This document shows positions 1-9,993 of a stretch of DNA of 64,000 nucleotides, one piece after another. A program made the translations under genes and the position numbers. The number at the start of each line of letters is the position of its first letter. The first letter of the stretch is position 1. Source of the stretch: a candidate division WOR-3 bacterium (GTDB lineage: Bacteria; Hydrothermota; Tepidihabitantia; B3-TA06); assembly GCA_965649265.1 (NCBI GenBank), contig CBFGKC010000001.1, positions 13,119 through 77,118 of the forward strand. Reading direction: 5' to 3'. Under the pieces are notes generated by a model. That model was not told the origin of the DNA and did not search any database. It saw only the letters and a list, made by a program, of their open reading frames with translations.

Positions 1-12
1 AAATACGTCGGC

Positions 13-1074
13 TTGTTCGACTCGCAAATAAAAGCACTCTTCAAGGACGCACTGAAGATAAATCTCAGGGATCCCGGAAAGACGCTCTTTTTCTGGCGCA
101 CCCTCAACAACCAGCGCAAGGCCGTCAGGACGCGCGAGGAATGGGCCCTGAAGAACGTTCACGTGCCTCCTCTCATGATAATCTCCGTCACAAACCAGTG
201 CAACCTGAACTGTGCCGGCTGCTATGCTAAAGCGCTGCGGAAATCACCCGACGCGGAGATGAGTACGGATTTACTCGTTAGCATCGTGCGCGAGGCTTCG
301 GAGCTCGGCGTCTCCATCATCATGCTAGCAGGCGGGGAGCCGCTGTTGCGAGGAGACCTTTTGGACATAGCCCGGGACAATCCGCAGGTGATATTTCCCG
401 TTTTCACGAACGGCCTTCTTTTAGACGACGAGATGCTCGAGCGCATCCGCACGCTGCGAAACGTAATACCGGTGATCAGCCTCGAGGGCCACGAGGAGGC
501 GACGGACGAGCGGCGCGGTCAGGGCATATTCGACTACGTCGAGGATCTGATCGAACGCATCAACGCAAAGGAAATATTCACCGGAATCTCGTTCACGGTC
601 ACGAGGTTCAATCTTCCGATAGTCACGGATAAGAGTTTCTTATCAACCCTCATCTCGCGCGGATCGAAACTCTTCTTCTTCGTAGAGTACGTGCCGGTCA
701 AGGAGGGAACCGGAGGGTGGATACTTTCCCAGGAGCAAAGAGCACAGCTTTTGAACTCGCTCGATAACTTGCGTTCCTCCCTTCCCGGGCTCTTCATCTG
801 CTTCCCGGGAGACGAGGAGCAGTTCGGCGGTTGCCTCTCCTCGGGCCGCGGATTCGTGCACGTGAGCGCCGAGGGAAGGCTCGAGCCATGTCCTTTCGCA
901 CCGTTCTCGGACACTTCACTCGCAGACATTCCTCTCAGGGAAGCTCTGAAATCCGAGTTTCTGGCAAAGATACGTGCCAACCACGACGAGTTGAAGGAGA
1001 CGTCGGGCGGGTGCGCGCTCTGGGCAAAGCGGGAGTGGGTGGCGTCCTTGATTACTACCAGGGATAATTCCTGA
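13..1074 (+). CDS. Radical SAM protein with C-terminal SPASM/twitch-like region
   Basis: CNLNCAGC (CxxxCxxC), GGEP, C-terminal GGC..GRG..H...G.LEPCPF. True start may differ at the window edge. Confidence 0.9.
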   Translation: MFDSQIKALFKDALKINLRDPGKTLFFWRTLNNQRKAVRTREEWALKNVHVPPLMIISVTNQCNLNCAGCYAKALRKSPDAEMSTDLLVSIVREASELGVSIIMLAGGEPLLRGDLLDIARDNPQVIFPVFTNGLLLDDEMLERIRTLRNVIPVISLEGHEEATDERRGQGIFDYVEDLIERINAKEIFTGISFTVTRFNLPIVTDKSFLSTLISRGSKLFFFVEYVPVKEGTGGWILSQEQRAQLLNSLDNLRSSLPGLFICFPGDEEQFGGCLSSGRGFVHVSAEGRLEPCPFAPFSDTSLADIPLREALKSEFLAKIRANHDELKETSGGCALWAKREWVASLITTRDNS

Positions 1075-1651
1075 TGCGCCTCGTTCCCTTCTCATCCTCT
1101 TCGCAGCAAGTGTAACGCAGACCGAAGAAGAGTCCATCCTCAAGTTTGCGATGTAGAACAGTGATTCTACGTTTCCTGACAAGACAATCTTGTGGCTCGT
1201 TGCGCTAATTGCCCTCGCATGCTTCGGTGCAGGGTTTCCCCTCCGTGCTCCGTATCGTGAGTACGGTGCTGGTGACCTTTCAGCAGTAAACGATATGTAC
1301 CCTCCCTCCAGCCTGGAGAAAATGTCCTTTTTCAATTCAACGAAAAAAGGCTTGTGCTCTTCAAAAAATGTTGATTGCCGCGACTTAATCTTCCTCGAGT
1401 CGACTGAGGTCCGAGCCTGCTTGAGGTAAGGGCTGAGATTCCGCATATCCTTACCGAATTACCGGGCAAGCGCTTTTGATGTCACAGGCTGCAGCCATAT
1501 CGGGCCGACCAGGGGGGACTGCAGAGTATCGCTTTCGCGGTGAGGGGTATTGTTTTTTGTAGCATCTGTCCGACTGCCTCCTGCCTCTTGACAACTTCTT
1601 TTTTTGGCCTAAATTTAATATAATAAGCCCCGTGAGAGGAGGTGGTTTATT

Positions 1652-2365
1652 ATAAAAAAAGGTCTGATTCTGTTTTTGGGAGCGGCGATATTATCCGCGG
1701 GTGCGTTTGCGTCAGGAACCGTGTCATCCGAAGTAAAGAACAATGTCGCTTACGTATATCACAAGGATGCTTACTGGAATTGCTGCCCTGATACGCTCTT
1801 TGAGATTATTCCGAACCCTGATTCCGCATTCATCATAGATATTTACGAGCACGATCGCGGTACTCATCCGTGCAAATGTGAGTGCTATTTTGATTTCACT
1901 CACACGCTCGAAGGCCTGGCTCCGGGAACTTATACCGCAAGGGTTTGGGAAGCATTCTTTGATCTTGAACCCGTAGTGGCAGGAACAACCGTCTTTGTGA
2001 TACCCAGCCGGACAGGTCTTCTTGATCTTTCATCGTCAATGAGCAATTGTCACGAGGAACCGGGCGTCAATGAGAGCGACCCCCTCCCCCTCGCGGCTTC
2101 TTTGGAGACCTCCTCCCCTGTAACCGCCCGGTCGGTGGGAATAGCTTATACCCTGGAGCGGGCGACGGGGTTCTCCATCTCAATCTACAACTCGGCAGGA
2201 ATAAAGGTTCGCAGTCTGGAGAGAGGTGTACAAAGTTCCGGAACGCATGCCGCAAGATGGAACGCGTGTGACGATTCCGGAAATAAAGTCCCAAGAGGTA
2301 CTTATTTCGTGCTTCTTGAGACTCGATATGGAGTTCAGAGCCTGCCCTTGATTGTTTTAAGGTAG
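1652..2365 (+). CDS. Secreted Cys-rich protein with FlgD-Ig/T9SS-like CTD (array A, paralog 1)
   Basis: NCCP and CKCEC motifs, GLAPGTYTA, CTD ending GTYFV..SLPLIVLR. Signal peptide IKKGLILFLGAA begins at ATA 1652 after SD AGGAGGT; first canonical start is TTG 1676. Confidence 0.8.
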   Translation: MKKGLILFLGAAILSAGAFASGTVSSEVKNNVAYVYHKDAYWNCCPDTLFEIIPNPDSAFIIDIYEHDRGTHPCKCECYFDFTHTLEGLAPGTYTARVWEAFFDLEPVVAGTTVFVIPSRTGLLDLSSSMSNCHEEPGVNESDPLPLAASLETSSPVTARSVGIAYTLERATGFSISIYNSAGIKVRSLERGVQSSGTHAARWNACDDSGNKVPRGTYFVLLETRYGVQSLPLIVLR

Positions 2366-2397
2366 CGGGCGAAAATAACCGTTCGGATGGAGGAAAA

Positions 2398-3105
2398 ATG
2401 AAAATCCCTCGGTTTTTGATCGCCGGTCTCTTTCTTGCAGGAGCGGCTTCGTCGTTATACTCCTCTGGCACCGTCTGGTCAGAGGTCGCAGATAACGTGG
2501 CATACGTGCATCATGACAAGGCCGATTTCAACTGCTGTCCGGCCATGGCCTTTGAACGAAACCAGGACGGCACGTCCATAGATATCTATGAACTGGACCA
2601 GTGCACGAATCCGTGCCTGTGTGACTGCGTGTTCGACTTCACGCACAAGTTCAAGGGTCTTTTGCCGGGAACCTACACGGCAAGGGTGTGGGAGTCAAGC
2701 CGGTGCGACGACAAATACAGCCTTGCCGGGATCACGACCTTCAAGATAGTACTTGAGGATAATGAACCGGAGAACCAGAGCGCCATGAGCGAGTGCGGCG
2801 GGTGGAGCGGTTCGAGTGAAAAACCTTTTCCGGAGATACCGCGTCTTTACTCCGAAAGACAGGCAGTAGGCGAGATAGAGATTCACTACGTGCTCCCCAG
2901 GACATCCTCGCCCGTAATCATGATTTACAATGCTACTGGCGAGCGGGTCAGGACTTTCATTCCGGGCAGCCAGCCGGCAGGCGACAACTCCCTGACCTGG
3001 GACACGCGCACGGACGGTGGTCTTGCCCTGCCCAGGGGAATCTACTTTGTGCGACTCGAGGTTTTGGGCTTTGGCAGAAGCCTGCCCGTTGTCGTACTGA
3101 GGTAA
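2398..3105 (+). CDS. Secreted Cys-rich protein with FlgD-Ig/T9SS-like CTD (array A, paralog 2)
   Basis: Signal peptide, NCCP/CLCDC motifs, CTD LTWD..GIYFVRL..SLPVVVLR, SD GGAGG. Confidence 0.85.
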   Translation: MKIPRFLIAGLFLAGAASSLYSSGTVWSEVADNVAYVHHDKADFNCCPAMAFERNQDGTSIDIYELDQCTNPCLCDCVFDFTHKFKGLLPGTYTARVWESSRCDDKYSLAGITTFKIVLEDNEPENQSAMSECGGWSGSSEKPFPEIPRLYSERQAVGEIEIHYVLPRTSSPVIMIYNATGERVRTFIPGSQPAGDNSLTWDTRTDGGLALPRGIYFVRLEVLGFGRSLPVVVLR

Positions 3106-3134
3106 ATCCACAAGAGATAAGTTAAGGAGTGAAA

Positions 3135-3836
3135 ATGAAAAAAGGGTTCGTTTTAATCGGGGTGGCGGCGATAGCTTCGGCTGCCGGTACGCTCTTCGCA
3201 TCGGGCACCGTATGGTCGGAGGTCAAGGATAATGTAGCATACGTCCATCACGACGACGCATACTTCAACTGCTGTCCGGAATTCGTGACCTGGTCAGAGC
3301 ATGATTCCAGCGACTACTATGTAATTAACATCTTCGAACAAGATACTGTGCATGACTGCGACTGTATGTGTTATTTCGACTTTGAACATGTCTTAAAAGG
3401 GCTTGATCCTGGGACCTACACCGCATTAGTCTGGGAGGCTCCCTGGATGACATTCTCCCTTGCAGGCACGACCGAGTTCGTCATCCCTGTCCAGATGGGT
3501 TCGGTCAGCACCAGCGGTTCAGTAAGCGATTGCCATGAGGAACCCGGTCTTATAGAATCACCCTTGGCAGAAGGAACTGGATTTGCAACAGCCACGGTTA
3601 CAACGTTTGAAATTCGCTACTCTCTAATGGAGACATCAAGAGTGACGATCGCGATCTTCGACGCCGCAGGCAGAAAGGTCCGCACTTTCGATGAGGGGAT
3701 GATGGGACGAGGCGAGCACTCCATTACGTGGAACTGCCGGGATGACAGGAATGTCACCCTGTCGAGAGGGATATATTTTGTGAGACTCGCGACTCGGGAA
3801 TCGGTAAGGAGCCTGCCCCTGATTGTCTTGAAGTAG
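3135..3836 (+). CDS. Secreted Cys-rich protein with FlgD-Ig/T9SS-like CTD (array A, paralog 3)
   Basis: MKKGFVLIG signal peptide, NCCP/CDCMC motifs, CTD ending SLPLIVLK. Confidence 0.85.
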   Translation: MKKGFVLIGVAAIASAAGTLFASGTVWSEVKDNVAYVHHDDAYFNCCPEFVTWSEHDSSDYYVINIFEQDTVHDCDCMCYFDFEHVLKGLDPGTYTALVWEAPWMTFSLAGTTEFVIPVQMGSVSTSGSVSDCHEEPGLIESPLAEGTGFATATVTTFEIRYSLMETSRVTIAIFDAAGRKVRTFDEGMMGRGEHSITWNCRDDRNVTLSRGIYFVRLATRESVRSLPLIVLK

Positions 3837-3879
3837 CTCTCTGCACCTCCACATGGGATAAGACTTGCGATCTGAGGGG

Positions 3880-3888
3880 TGTGGATAA
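3880..3888. promoter_or_regulatory. DnaA-box consensus upstream of lexA
   Basis: TGTGGATAA is the reverse complement of TTATCCACA; single copy. Confidence 0.35.
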
Positions 3889-3925
3889 CTAATTAATATC
3901 TTCGTGCAATTCGAGGCTTACCCTC

Positions 3926-3970
3926 TTGACAAACCCATAAATTATGTTTACAATATGTTGGTAAACATAA
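3926..3970 (+). promoter_or_regulatory. lexA sigma70 promoter with overlapping palindromic operator (putative SOS box)
   Basis: TTGACA(3926)-17-TACAAT(3949); perfect inverted repeat TTATGTTTAC-N9-GTAAACATAA at 3942-3970. Confidence 0.8.
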
Positions 3971-3980
3971 GGAGTTGCGA

Positions 3981-4544
3981 ATGAGATTGCCTAATCCCAA
4001 GATGAAAATATTCGAGTTCATACAGGACTTTGCGGCTGAGAGAGGCTATCCTCCATCCATACGCGATATAGCCAAGGGTCTGGGCTATCAAAGCACGAAG
4101 GCCATAAAGATTCACCTTGACGACCTGGCCAAGGAAGGCGTCATCAAGCGGCAGCCCGGAAGGGCGCGCGCCATCCAGGTGGAGCCCTGGGGTATACCGA
4201 TAGTCGGTCGTGTTCCGGCAGGCACTCCGAATCTTGCGGTCCAGGACGTGGAAGAGATATTTTCTGCGTCGCGTTGGAGACGTTCGTTCATGCTCAGGGT
4301 AAAGGGCGACTCAATGATAAATGCAGGAATTATCGAGGGCGATCTGGTTGTTGTTGATCCCCGCCAGCAAGGAAAACCCGGGGATATAGTTGTTGCAAGA
4401 CTCTACGATGAGGCGACAGTTAAAAGGTTGATCATGCACGAGGATGCGTATGCCCTAAAGCCCGAAAATCCTGCTTATGAAATCATCAAGGACCCGTTCG
4501 AAGTAGTAGGAAAAGTCGTCGGCGTTATCCGGGAATACGTCTAG
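3981..4544 (+). CDS. lexA: SOS repressor LexA
   Basis: GYPPSIRDIA wHTH, RARAI, VPAG cleavage site, VKGDSM catalytic Ser, EATVKR catalytic Lys; SD AAGGAG before ATG 3981. Confidence 0.93.
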   Translation: MRLPNPKMKIFEFIQDFAAERGYPPSIRDIAKGLGYQSTKAIKIHLDDLAKEGVIKRQPGRARAIQVEPWGIPIVGRVPAGTPNLAVQDVEEIFSASRWRRSFMLRVKGDSMINAGIIEGDLVVVDPRQQGKPGDIVVARLYDEATVKRLIMHEDAYALKPENPAYEIIKDPFEVVGKVVGVIREYV

Positions 4545-4630
4545 AGAGCTTACTCAATAGGTTTTTTGAGGAGATGCACTACGGAGCGAGGGAGAAAGGG
4601 GCGCAGTGGATAGGGTTGTTACCTCTTAAG

Positions 4631-4671
4631 GACAAGAGAAAGGACCGCCCCTGGCGGTCCTTTCTCTTGTC
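4631..4671. terminator. Bidirectional hairpin terminator between convergent genes
   Basis: Perfect 19-bp stem GACAAGAGAAAGGACCGCC-CCT-GGCGGTCCTTTCTCTTGTC. Confidence 0.75.
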
Positions 4672-4832
4672 GTGCGATTGACCGGTCATTATGGTTCGTA
4701 ATTGACTTCATACGTAAGAAAGATCTGCCGTCCTCACAATCCGATGAAAGCATGAGTGGGAGGGGGGGAAAAGGACACGCCGACACTCGGGATCGAGCGT
4801 CGGCGCAGTCCATGGAGAGTAGGTGTTAGGTA

Positions 4833-5906
4833 TTACTTCAGACGAATGGTCTTCTCAGCGGCCTGGATACCGTCGGCTGTCAGACGGCAGACGTAGAGGC
4901 CCGCGGGGACCTTTGTGCCGTTATCGGCGGTGCCGTCCCAGCGAAGAGTGTACGCACCGGCGGCCTTGCGCTCGTTGACAAGGGTCGCCACTTTCTCGCC
5001 GGTCACCGAATAGACGGTAACGGTCGCGACGGTGGATTTTGGAAGCTGGTAGCGGATCTCCGAATACTCTGAATAAGAGTTCACGTCGATGAATTTGACG
5101 TCCGGTAGAAGGCCCGCATCCTTGATGCTCATTGATTGGCCGGGCTTGGTCTGATCCTCATGGATCTGGACGCCCTCGGCCACGAGCTGCTCGCCTTCTG
5201 TCAGTATCCCGGGCAGGTACAGGTTATACCTTGTGTAGAAGTAGAGCCTGGGTTCCATTTCTTTCAGGGGGATGATGTACTTGGATCCGGGCTCAACCAC
5301 GAAGTCGGGTTCCTTGTCTGTCCAACCATCCCAATCGAAAAGCCTCTCGGCGTCAATAAGCTCCTTTTGGTTGCGAGCATAACGGAAGTCTCTGATTATG
5401 AAAGGCTTATCGCTTGTGTTGCGGAAGATGTAGGTGGAGTTGCCGGCTTCGTCAATATAATCCACTTCAAAACCGTGGCCGGGCACGTCCGATTTGATGG
5501 TATCGACTGGATCGGTGGGATCATCGGGGTTTTCGTCGCGTGTCCAGAGGATGCTGTCAATGATGACCTTATTGTAGTCGGTTAATTCCAGATCGACACT
5601 GATGGTTACCCATGTGCAGTAGGGTATTACGGTGCCCCAGCAGTCAACGTGTACACAGTGGGGATCGCCGTCGCCGATTGGATAATCATCAAGCCAGCCT
5701 GTGATAAAGGGAAACGGGGGGGTTGTGGTGACCTTCCAATCCTTTATGTATATACCGGGCTCAGACTGATGGGCTATGAAGTGAAGGTCGGTTGCACCCT
5801 CATCGAACTTGTCCTGGTGTATTTTTATGGTTTCGTTTACGAGCACACCATAAGCCGATCCGACAAGCATTAGGGTTGCGAAGAGTACGGCGATGAGTTT
5901 TCGCAT
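4833..5906 (-). CDS. Secreted protein with FlgD-Ig/T9SS-like CTD (array B, paralog 1)
   Basis: MRKLIAVLF signal peptide after SD; KIHQ..DLHF and PYC.W motifs; CTD IRYQLP..WDG..GLYVCRL..EKTIRLK. Confidence 0.85.
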   Translation of the reverse strand: MRKLIAVLFATLMLVGSAYGVLVNETIKIHQDKFDEGATDLHFIAHQSEPGIYIKDWKVTTTPPFPFITGWLDDYPIGDGDPHCVHVDCWGTVIPYCTWVTISVDLELTDYNKVIIDSILWTRDENPDDPTDPVDTIKSDVPGHGFEVDYIDEAGNSTYIFRNTSDKPFIIRDFRYARNQKELIDAERLFDWDGWTDKEPDFVVEPGSKYIIPLKEMEPRLYFYTRYNLYLPGILTEGEQLVAEGVQIHEDQTKPGQSMSIKDAGLLPDVKFIDVNSYSEYSEIRYQLPKSTVATVTVYSVTGEKVATLVNERKAAGAYTLRWDGTADNGTKVPAGLYVCRLTADGIQAAEKTIRLK

Positions 5907-6320
5907 CGTTCCTCCTTGGCTCTGCGAGCCGTCGATTGGTTCTGTTTGGGTTTTCCTCCTCGCTCCTGCGGGCTTCAAATAAGGTTTCACCCGTTTGAAC
6001 GCTTTGTTATAAAAAAGTGAATATAGTGTTTTTTTACTCAAAGTGAACGAATATTATGCATTTATTCGTATTTGTCAATACCAGGCTTAAAAGATTTATT
6101 TTTTGGATTAGCCGGGGTATTTTTTCAATGTTTATGTTTTATACGCATATCTTTTTATTCGCGGACGATCACTTTCCTTCTGCGTATCTTGCCTTATATT
6201 AAGGAAGACGGCCTTCCTTTTTGAGGAAGACCGTCCTTTTACGGATGATGCCAGGTTGGGATTGTTCTCTTATGTCATGCAGAGCATGTAATCTCCCGCT
6301 AATGAAGACGATGTGCAGAA

Positions 6321-7376
6321 TTACTTGATGCGAACCAACTTTTCGGCGGCATCCTGACCGTCCGCTGAGATGCGGCAGATGTAGATACCGGCAGGAAGCC
6401 CCGCGCCGTCCCAGACGACCATGTGGCCGCCTGCGGGCTGGAGTTCGTTCACGATGGTGGCTACCCGCTCGCCGTTCGTCGAGTATACGGAGAGATTTAC
6501 GACCGTCGCCTTGGGCAGCTGATAGCGTATCGTGGTGCTTCCGAAATCGGCGGATACGTCAAGGAATTTGACCTCACCGAGAAGTCCTTGTTCCTTGATG
6601 CCTATGTTCTTGCCCGGCTCGGTCTGGTCTTCGTGCAGATCGGCTACCGCGCCGATGTAGCTTGTGGCGTTGAGAGCGGTCCCGACCTCATAGAGCTCGT
6701 AACGAACGAAGAGAAATTTTTCGGGCTCCATTTCCTTAAGAGGGATGGCGAAGGATTTTTGCGGTTCGACCTCAAAGTCGCCGATGTAGTCCGTCCACTC
6801 CTGGAAGTCATTGAGTATTTTCACGGGTGACATGGATTCCTTTTGGTTTCTTGCGAATTTGAAATCCTTGACCAGCAGGGCTTTTTTGGACTCGTTATGC
6901 AGCCAGTACGTCGAGTAACCGCTAGCGGAAGACAGCGCGGTGGGTGTTATGAAATCTACGCTGAATCCCTTGCTGGGAAAGCCCGCACCTACGGGCTCGC
7001 CGTCAAGGGTCCAGTAGATGTCGTCTATGATTATCGAGTTCCACGACGAAAGCTTCATTATCACCTCGAGCTCGATCCATTCGCAGTAGGGAATAGGATC
7101 AGCGAAGGTTACGTCAAACACAAGCCAGTGGAGCTGACAGTCGGAGTTGTAAAAGCTGTCCACTGTATAGGTGTAGGGGGGTGTGCCGTAAAGATTCATT
7201 GTCCAGTCGAGAATGTAGATCCAAGGTTCCTTGGGGTGAGCCCTGAAGTGCAAATCGTTCACCTTGATATCCGAATCCTGGTGAAGCTTCATCGAGGTCC
7301 CTACTTCAACCTGGCCGAATGCGGCGCCGGCCAGAAAGAGCACGGATAACATTACTACGATCCATTTGCGGGTCAT
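6321..7376 (-). CDS. Secreted protein with T9SS-like CTD (array B, paralog 2)
   Basis: MTRKWIVV signal peptide, KLHQ..NDLHF, PYCEW, CTD ending EKLVRIK. Confidence 0.85.
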   Translation of the reverse strand: MTRKWIVVMLSVLFLAGAAFGQVEVGTSMKLHQDSDIKVNDLHFRAHPKEPWIYILDWTMNLYGTPPYTYTVDSFYNSDCQLHWLVFDVTFADPIPYCEWIELEVIMKLSSWNSIIIDDIYWTLDGEPVGAGFPSKGFSVDFITPTALSSASGYSTYWLHNESKKALLVKDFKFARNQKESMSPVKILNDFQEWTDYIGDFEVEPQKSFAIPLKEMEPEKFLFVRYELYEVGTALNATSYIGAVADLHEDQTEPGKNIGIKEQGLLGEVKFLDVSADFGSTTIRYQLPKATVVNLSVYSTNGERVATIVNELQPAGGHMVVWDGAGLPAGIYICRISADGQDAAEKLVRIK

Positions 7377-7568
7377 GTGACTCCTCCTTATACTTTTTGG
7401 ATCATTGCGACCCATTTGGTTTGTTTCACACTCCTTAGCTCCTGTTTCTCTAGCCGAATCCGCTGAGGTCGCGAAACCGTGCCATGGCGGCGACCATTTT
7501 CACCCTTCTTGAGGAGTGGGAAGACCGCCGCCATGGTCTTTAGTCTCGAGATTCAGCGCGATAAAAGT

Positions 7569-8621
7569 TTAGTTAAGGCGAACCATTTTTTCGGAAGCCT
7601 GTATGCCGTCCGCCGAGAGTTTGCAGATATAAAGCCCGGCAGGCAGGTTCTGCGGCTTCCAGACGAAGGTGTGTCCGCCCGCAGCCTGGAGTTCTTCCAC
7701 AAGCGTCGCCACCCGCTCGCCCGTAAGCGAGTAAACGACCAGCGAAACCACGCTTGCCTTAGGAAGCTGGTAGCGAATCTCGGTGTATCCGGGATAAGCG
7801 GCCACATTGAGGAACTTGACTTCATCGAGAAGCCCTTGCTCCTCAATACCGATCTTCAGGCTGGGATCATCCTGATCCTGGTGGACATCCGCCACGGGAC
7901 CGACGTAGATGTCGGCGTTGTACGAGTTACCGTTCTCATAGAGTGCGTATCTGGCGAAGAGAAACTTGCCGAGTTCAGCACCCTCAACCGGAATGGCATA
8001 GGATTCGCCCGGGCCGATGGTGAAATCGCCGATAAAATCGGTCCAGCCCTGGAAGTCAAGAACCTCTGCAGGATCAATGTATTCCGGCTGGTTCTTAGCA
8101 AACTTGAAATCCTTGATGTTGAGTATGCTCTCCGACGGGTTGTGTAACCAATAGGTTGTAAGCCCCGTTTCGGCCGTCAACGCGGAAAGTCTTATGAAAT
8201 CCACACTGAATCCGCGTCCGGGAGATCCTTTGCCGACAGGGTTTCCGTTATAAGTCCAGTAAACCTTGTCAATGTTTATAGCATTCCAGGTTGTCAGCTT
8301 TAGATTGACGCTGACGGTAACCCATTTGCAGTAAGGCAGAACGGTCGGCCACTTCACCGTCACGTCGAGCCAGTGAATCTGTCCGGTTGAATCTGGCACC
8401 GGAGTGACGCTTATCGGCAGTGTAGGGGTCGGGGTCACTTTTATATTCCAGCCAAGAATATACACCCAGGGTTCGTTGGGATAAACCCTGAAATGAAGGT
8501 CATTGACCGGCGTGTTAAGATTTTGGTGGATTTTGAAAGATGTTCCGGTCAGAACCTGGGCGCCAACCGCGCCAGCCAGCATGAGCGAAGCAAGAAAGAT
8601 GACAAAAAGTTTCTTAGTCAT
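7569..8621 (-). CDS. Secreted protein with T9SS-like CTD (array B, paralog 3)
   Basis: MTKKLFV signal peptide, KIHQ..NDLHF, PYCKW, CTD ending EKMVRLN. Confidence 0.85.
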   Translation of the reverse strand: MTKKLFVIFLASLMLAGAVGAQVLTGTSFKIHQNLNTPVNDLHFRVYPNEPWVYILGWNIKVTPTPTLPISVTPVPDSTGQIHWLDVTVKWPTVLPYCKWVTVSVNLKLTTWNAINIDKVYWTYNGNPVGKGSPGRGFSVDFIRLSALTAETGLTTYWLHNPSESILNIKDFKFAKNQPEYIDPAEVLDFQGWTDFIGDFTIGPGESYAIPVEGAELGKFLFARYALYENGNSYNADIYVGPVADVHQDQDDPSLKIGIEEQGLLDEVKFLNVAAYPGYTEIRYQLPKASVVSLVVYSLTGERVATLVEELQAAGGHTFVWKPQNLPAGLYICKLSADGIQASEKMVRLN

Positions 8622-8844
8622 TTTTTTCTCCTTAGACCCAAGGTCTTGTGATTAGAGATTGATGGTGCCCTCATGCTCCTGTGAGCTCAGGTGTTTTTCG
8701 CTCCTCCTTTGTTGGATTTATAGCTTTTTTGACCCAAGTGACCCGAGATGCCGCAAAGCGATTTCGAATCGTTTATCTAAAAACAAGAAATATTATGCTT
8801 TTTTTTAAGATTGTCAATAGAGAGAAGTAAAAAGGCAAATTTTT

Positions 8845-9993
8845 CTATAAGCGGTTCTTTTTTCTTTCTGCAGGGTCTTCGGGGGGTGGGAGGGGGGCGT
8901 GAAAAAGGGGCTCTTCTGCAAAAGAGCCCCTTTTAGATCTACTGCCGGGTATTATTTTACATTTGCTCGTGGCGTGAACACCGTCGGCAGAGACGCGACA
9001 GATATAGACTCCTGATGGTACATCAGTCGTGTTCCAGCGCACAGTATGCTCGCCTGGAGTGGTGAATTCACTCACAAGGGAAGCAATTTTTTCACCGTTG
9101 ACAGAGTAGATGGAGACTGAAACGTTAGTGGCCTTTGCCAATGTGTAGTTGATATCCGAATAACCGGGAAAAGAAGTAACGCTCAGGAGTTTTGAAGATT
9201 CGGGAGTCCCTTGATCTTCCATTCCGAGTTGATCTGCACCGACGACTTCAAACTCTGCCCAATCGCGTGCTTGGGTGGCATCCGAGCCGCCAACGCCTTC
9301 AGCCATATTTTCCCAGCGAATGATAATGTACTGACCCGCTGTCGCTTGAACGGGAAGAGTTATTGCCAATTCTTCACCCGTGCCTACCACAACTTCCGGA
9401 AGCAGAACTTGCATATCTGCATTGAGCGTTTCGTTGGCTGCGTTAAGATCTTCAAGCTCCACACGTGTATCCTGCACTATAAAACTGAAATTTCCTATTT
9501 GGATGGGCCTTGGGGTACGCCACTCCTCCTCGTCAAGAATTATATCGCCGAGGTCAATCCTGTTAACAAGGCAGATAACCGGGAAACCGCTTTCATATCT
9601 TACCCTGGCGGTGGCGTTCCAGACAACGCTCCTGGGGATTCGTACGCCCCATTGGTTTGTCCAGTACATATCGATTATTTCCAGATTGCCGGTGCTTCCG
9701 GACGCACCAATGTGAACCATATCGCCGACAGGAATCGGACCGTTAGGGTTTGTCCAGTGCAGACACATGTAGGGTCCCACGGGGTAGGCTGCGAAGTTGT
9801 TGAAGTAATGCCCAGTTGTATAACCGTCAAAGTGCCAATCCACGGGAGACCTGCCGTCCATGATAACGGCTAGATCGTAGGCTTCCTGAGTGCTCCAGTT
9901 GTAGAGATCTTTGTTCCAGCCCCACCACTGCGCAGGGGCTATCGAAAAGGAGACCAGCAAGCATGCAATCACGATCAAGGTTAATCTTTTCAT
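8845..9993 (-). CDS. Secreted protein with T9SS-like CTD (array B, divergent member 4); C-terminus appears extended
   Basis: MKRLTLIV signal peptide after SD; CTD INYTL..WN..SGVYICRV; ORF runs through the downstream hairpin. Confidence 0.8.
   Translation of the reverse strand: MKRLTLIVIACLLVSFSIAPAQWWGWNKDLYNWSTQEAYDLAVIMDGRSPVDWHFDGYTTGHYFNNFAAYPVGPYMCLHWTNPNGPIPVGDMVHIGASGSTGNLEIIDMYWTNQWGVRIPRSVVWNATARVRYESGFPVICLVNRIDLGDIILDEEEWRTPRPIQIGNFSFIVQDTRVELEDLNAANETLNADMQVLLPEVVVGTGEELAITLPVQATAGQYIIIRWENMAEGVGGSDATQARDWAEFEVVGADQLGMEDQGTPESSKLLSVTSFPGYSDINYTLAKATNVSVSIYSVNGEKIASLVSEFTTPGEHTVRWNTTDVPSGVYICRVSADGVHATSKCKIIPGSRSKRGSFAEEPLFHAPLPPPEDPAERKKNRL
8903..8934 (-). terminator. Rho-independent terminator
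   Basis: Inverted repeat AAAAGGGGCTCTT...AAGAGCCCCTTTT. Confidence 0.7.

Noticed and set aside
916-1446. 176-aa minus-strand ORF and 79-aa plus-strand ORF after the radical SAM gene
   Set aside because: No recognisable motifs, overlap with the real gene, and no clear SD; may be spurious or a remnant
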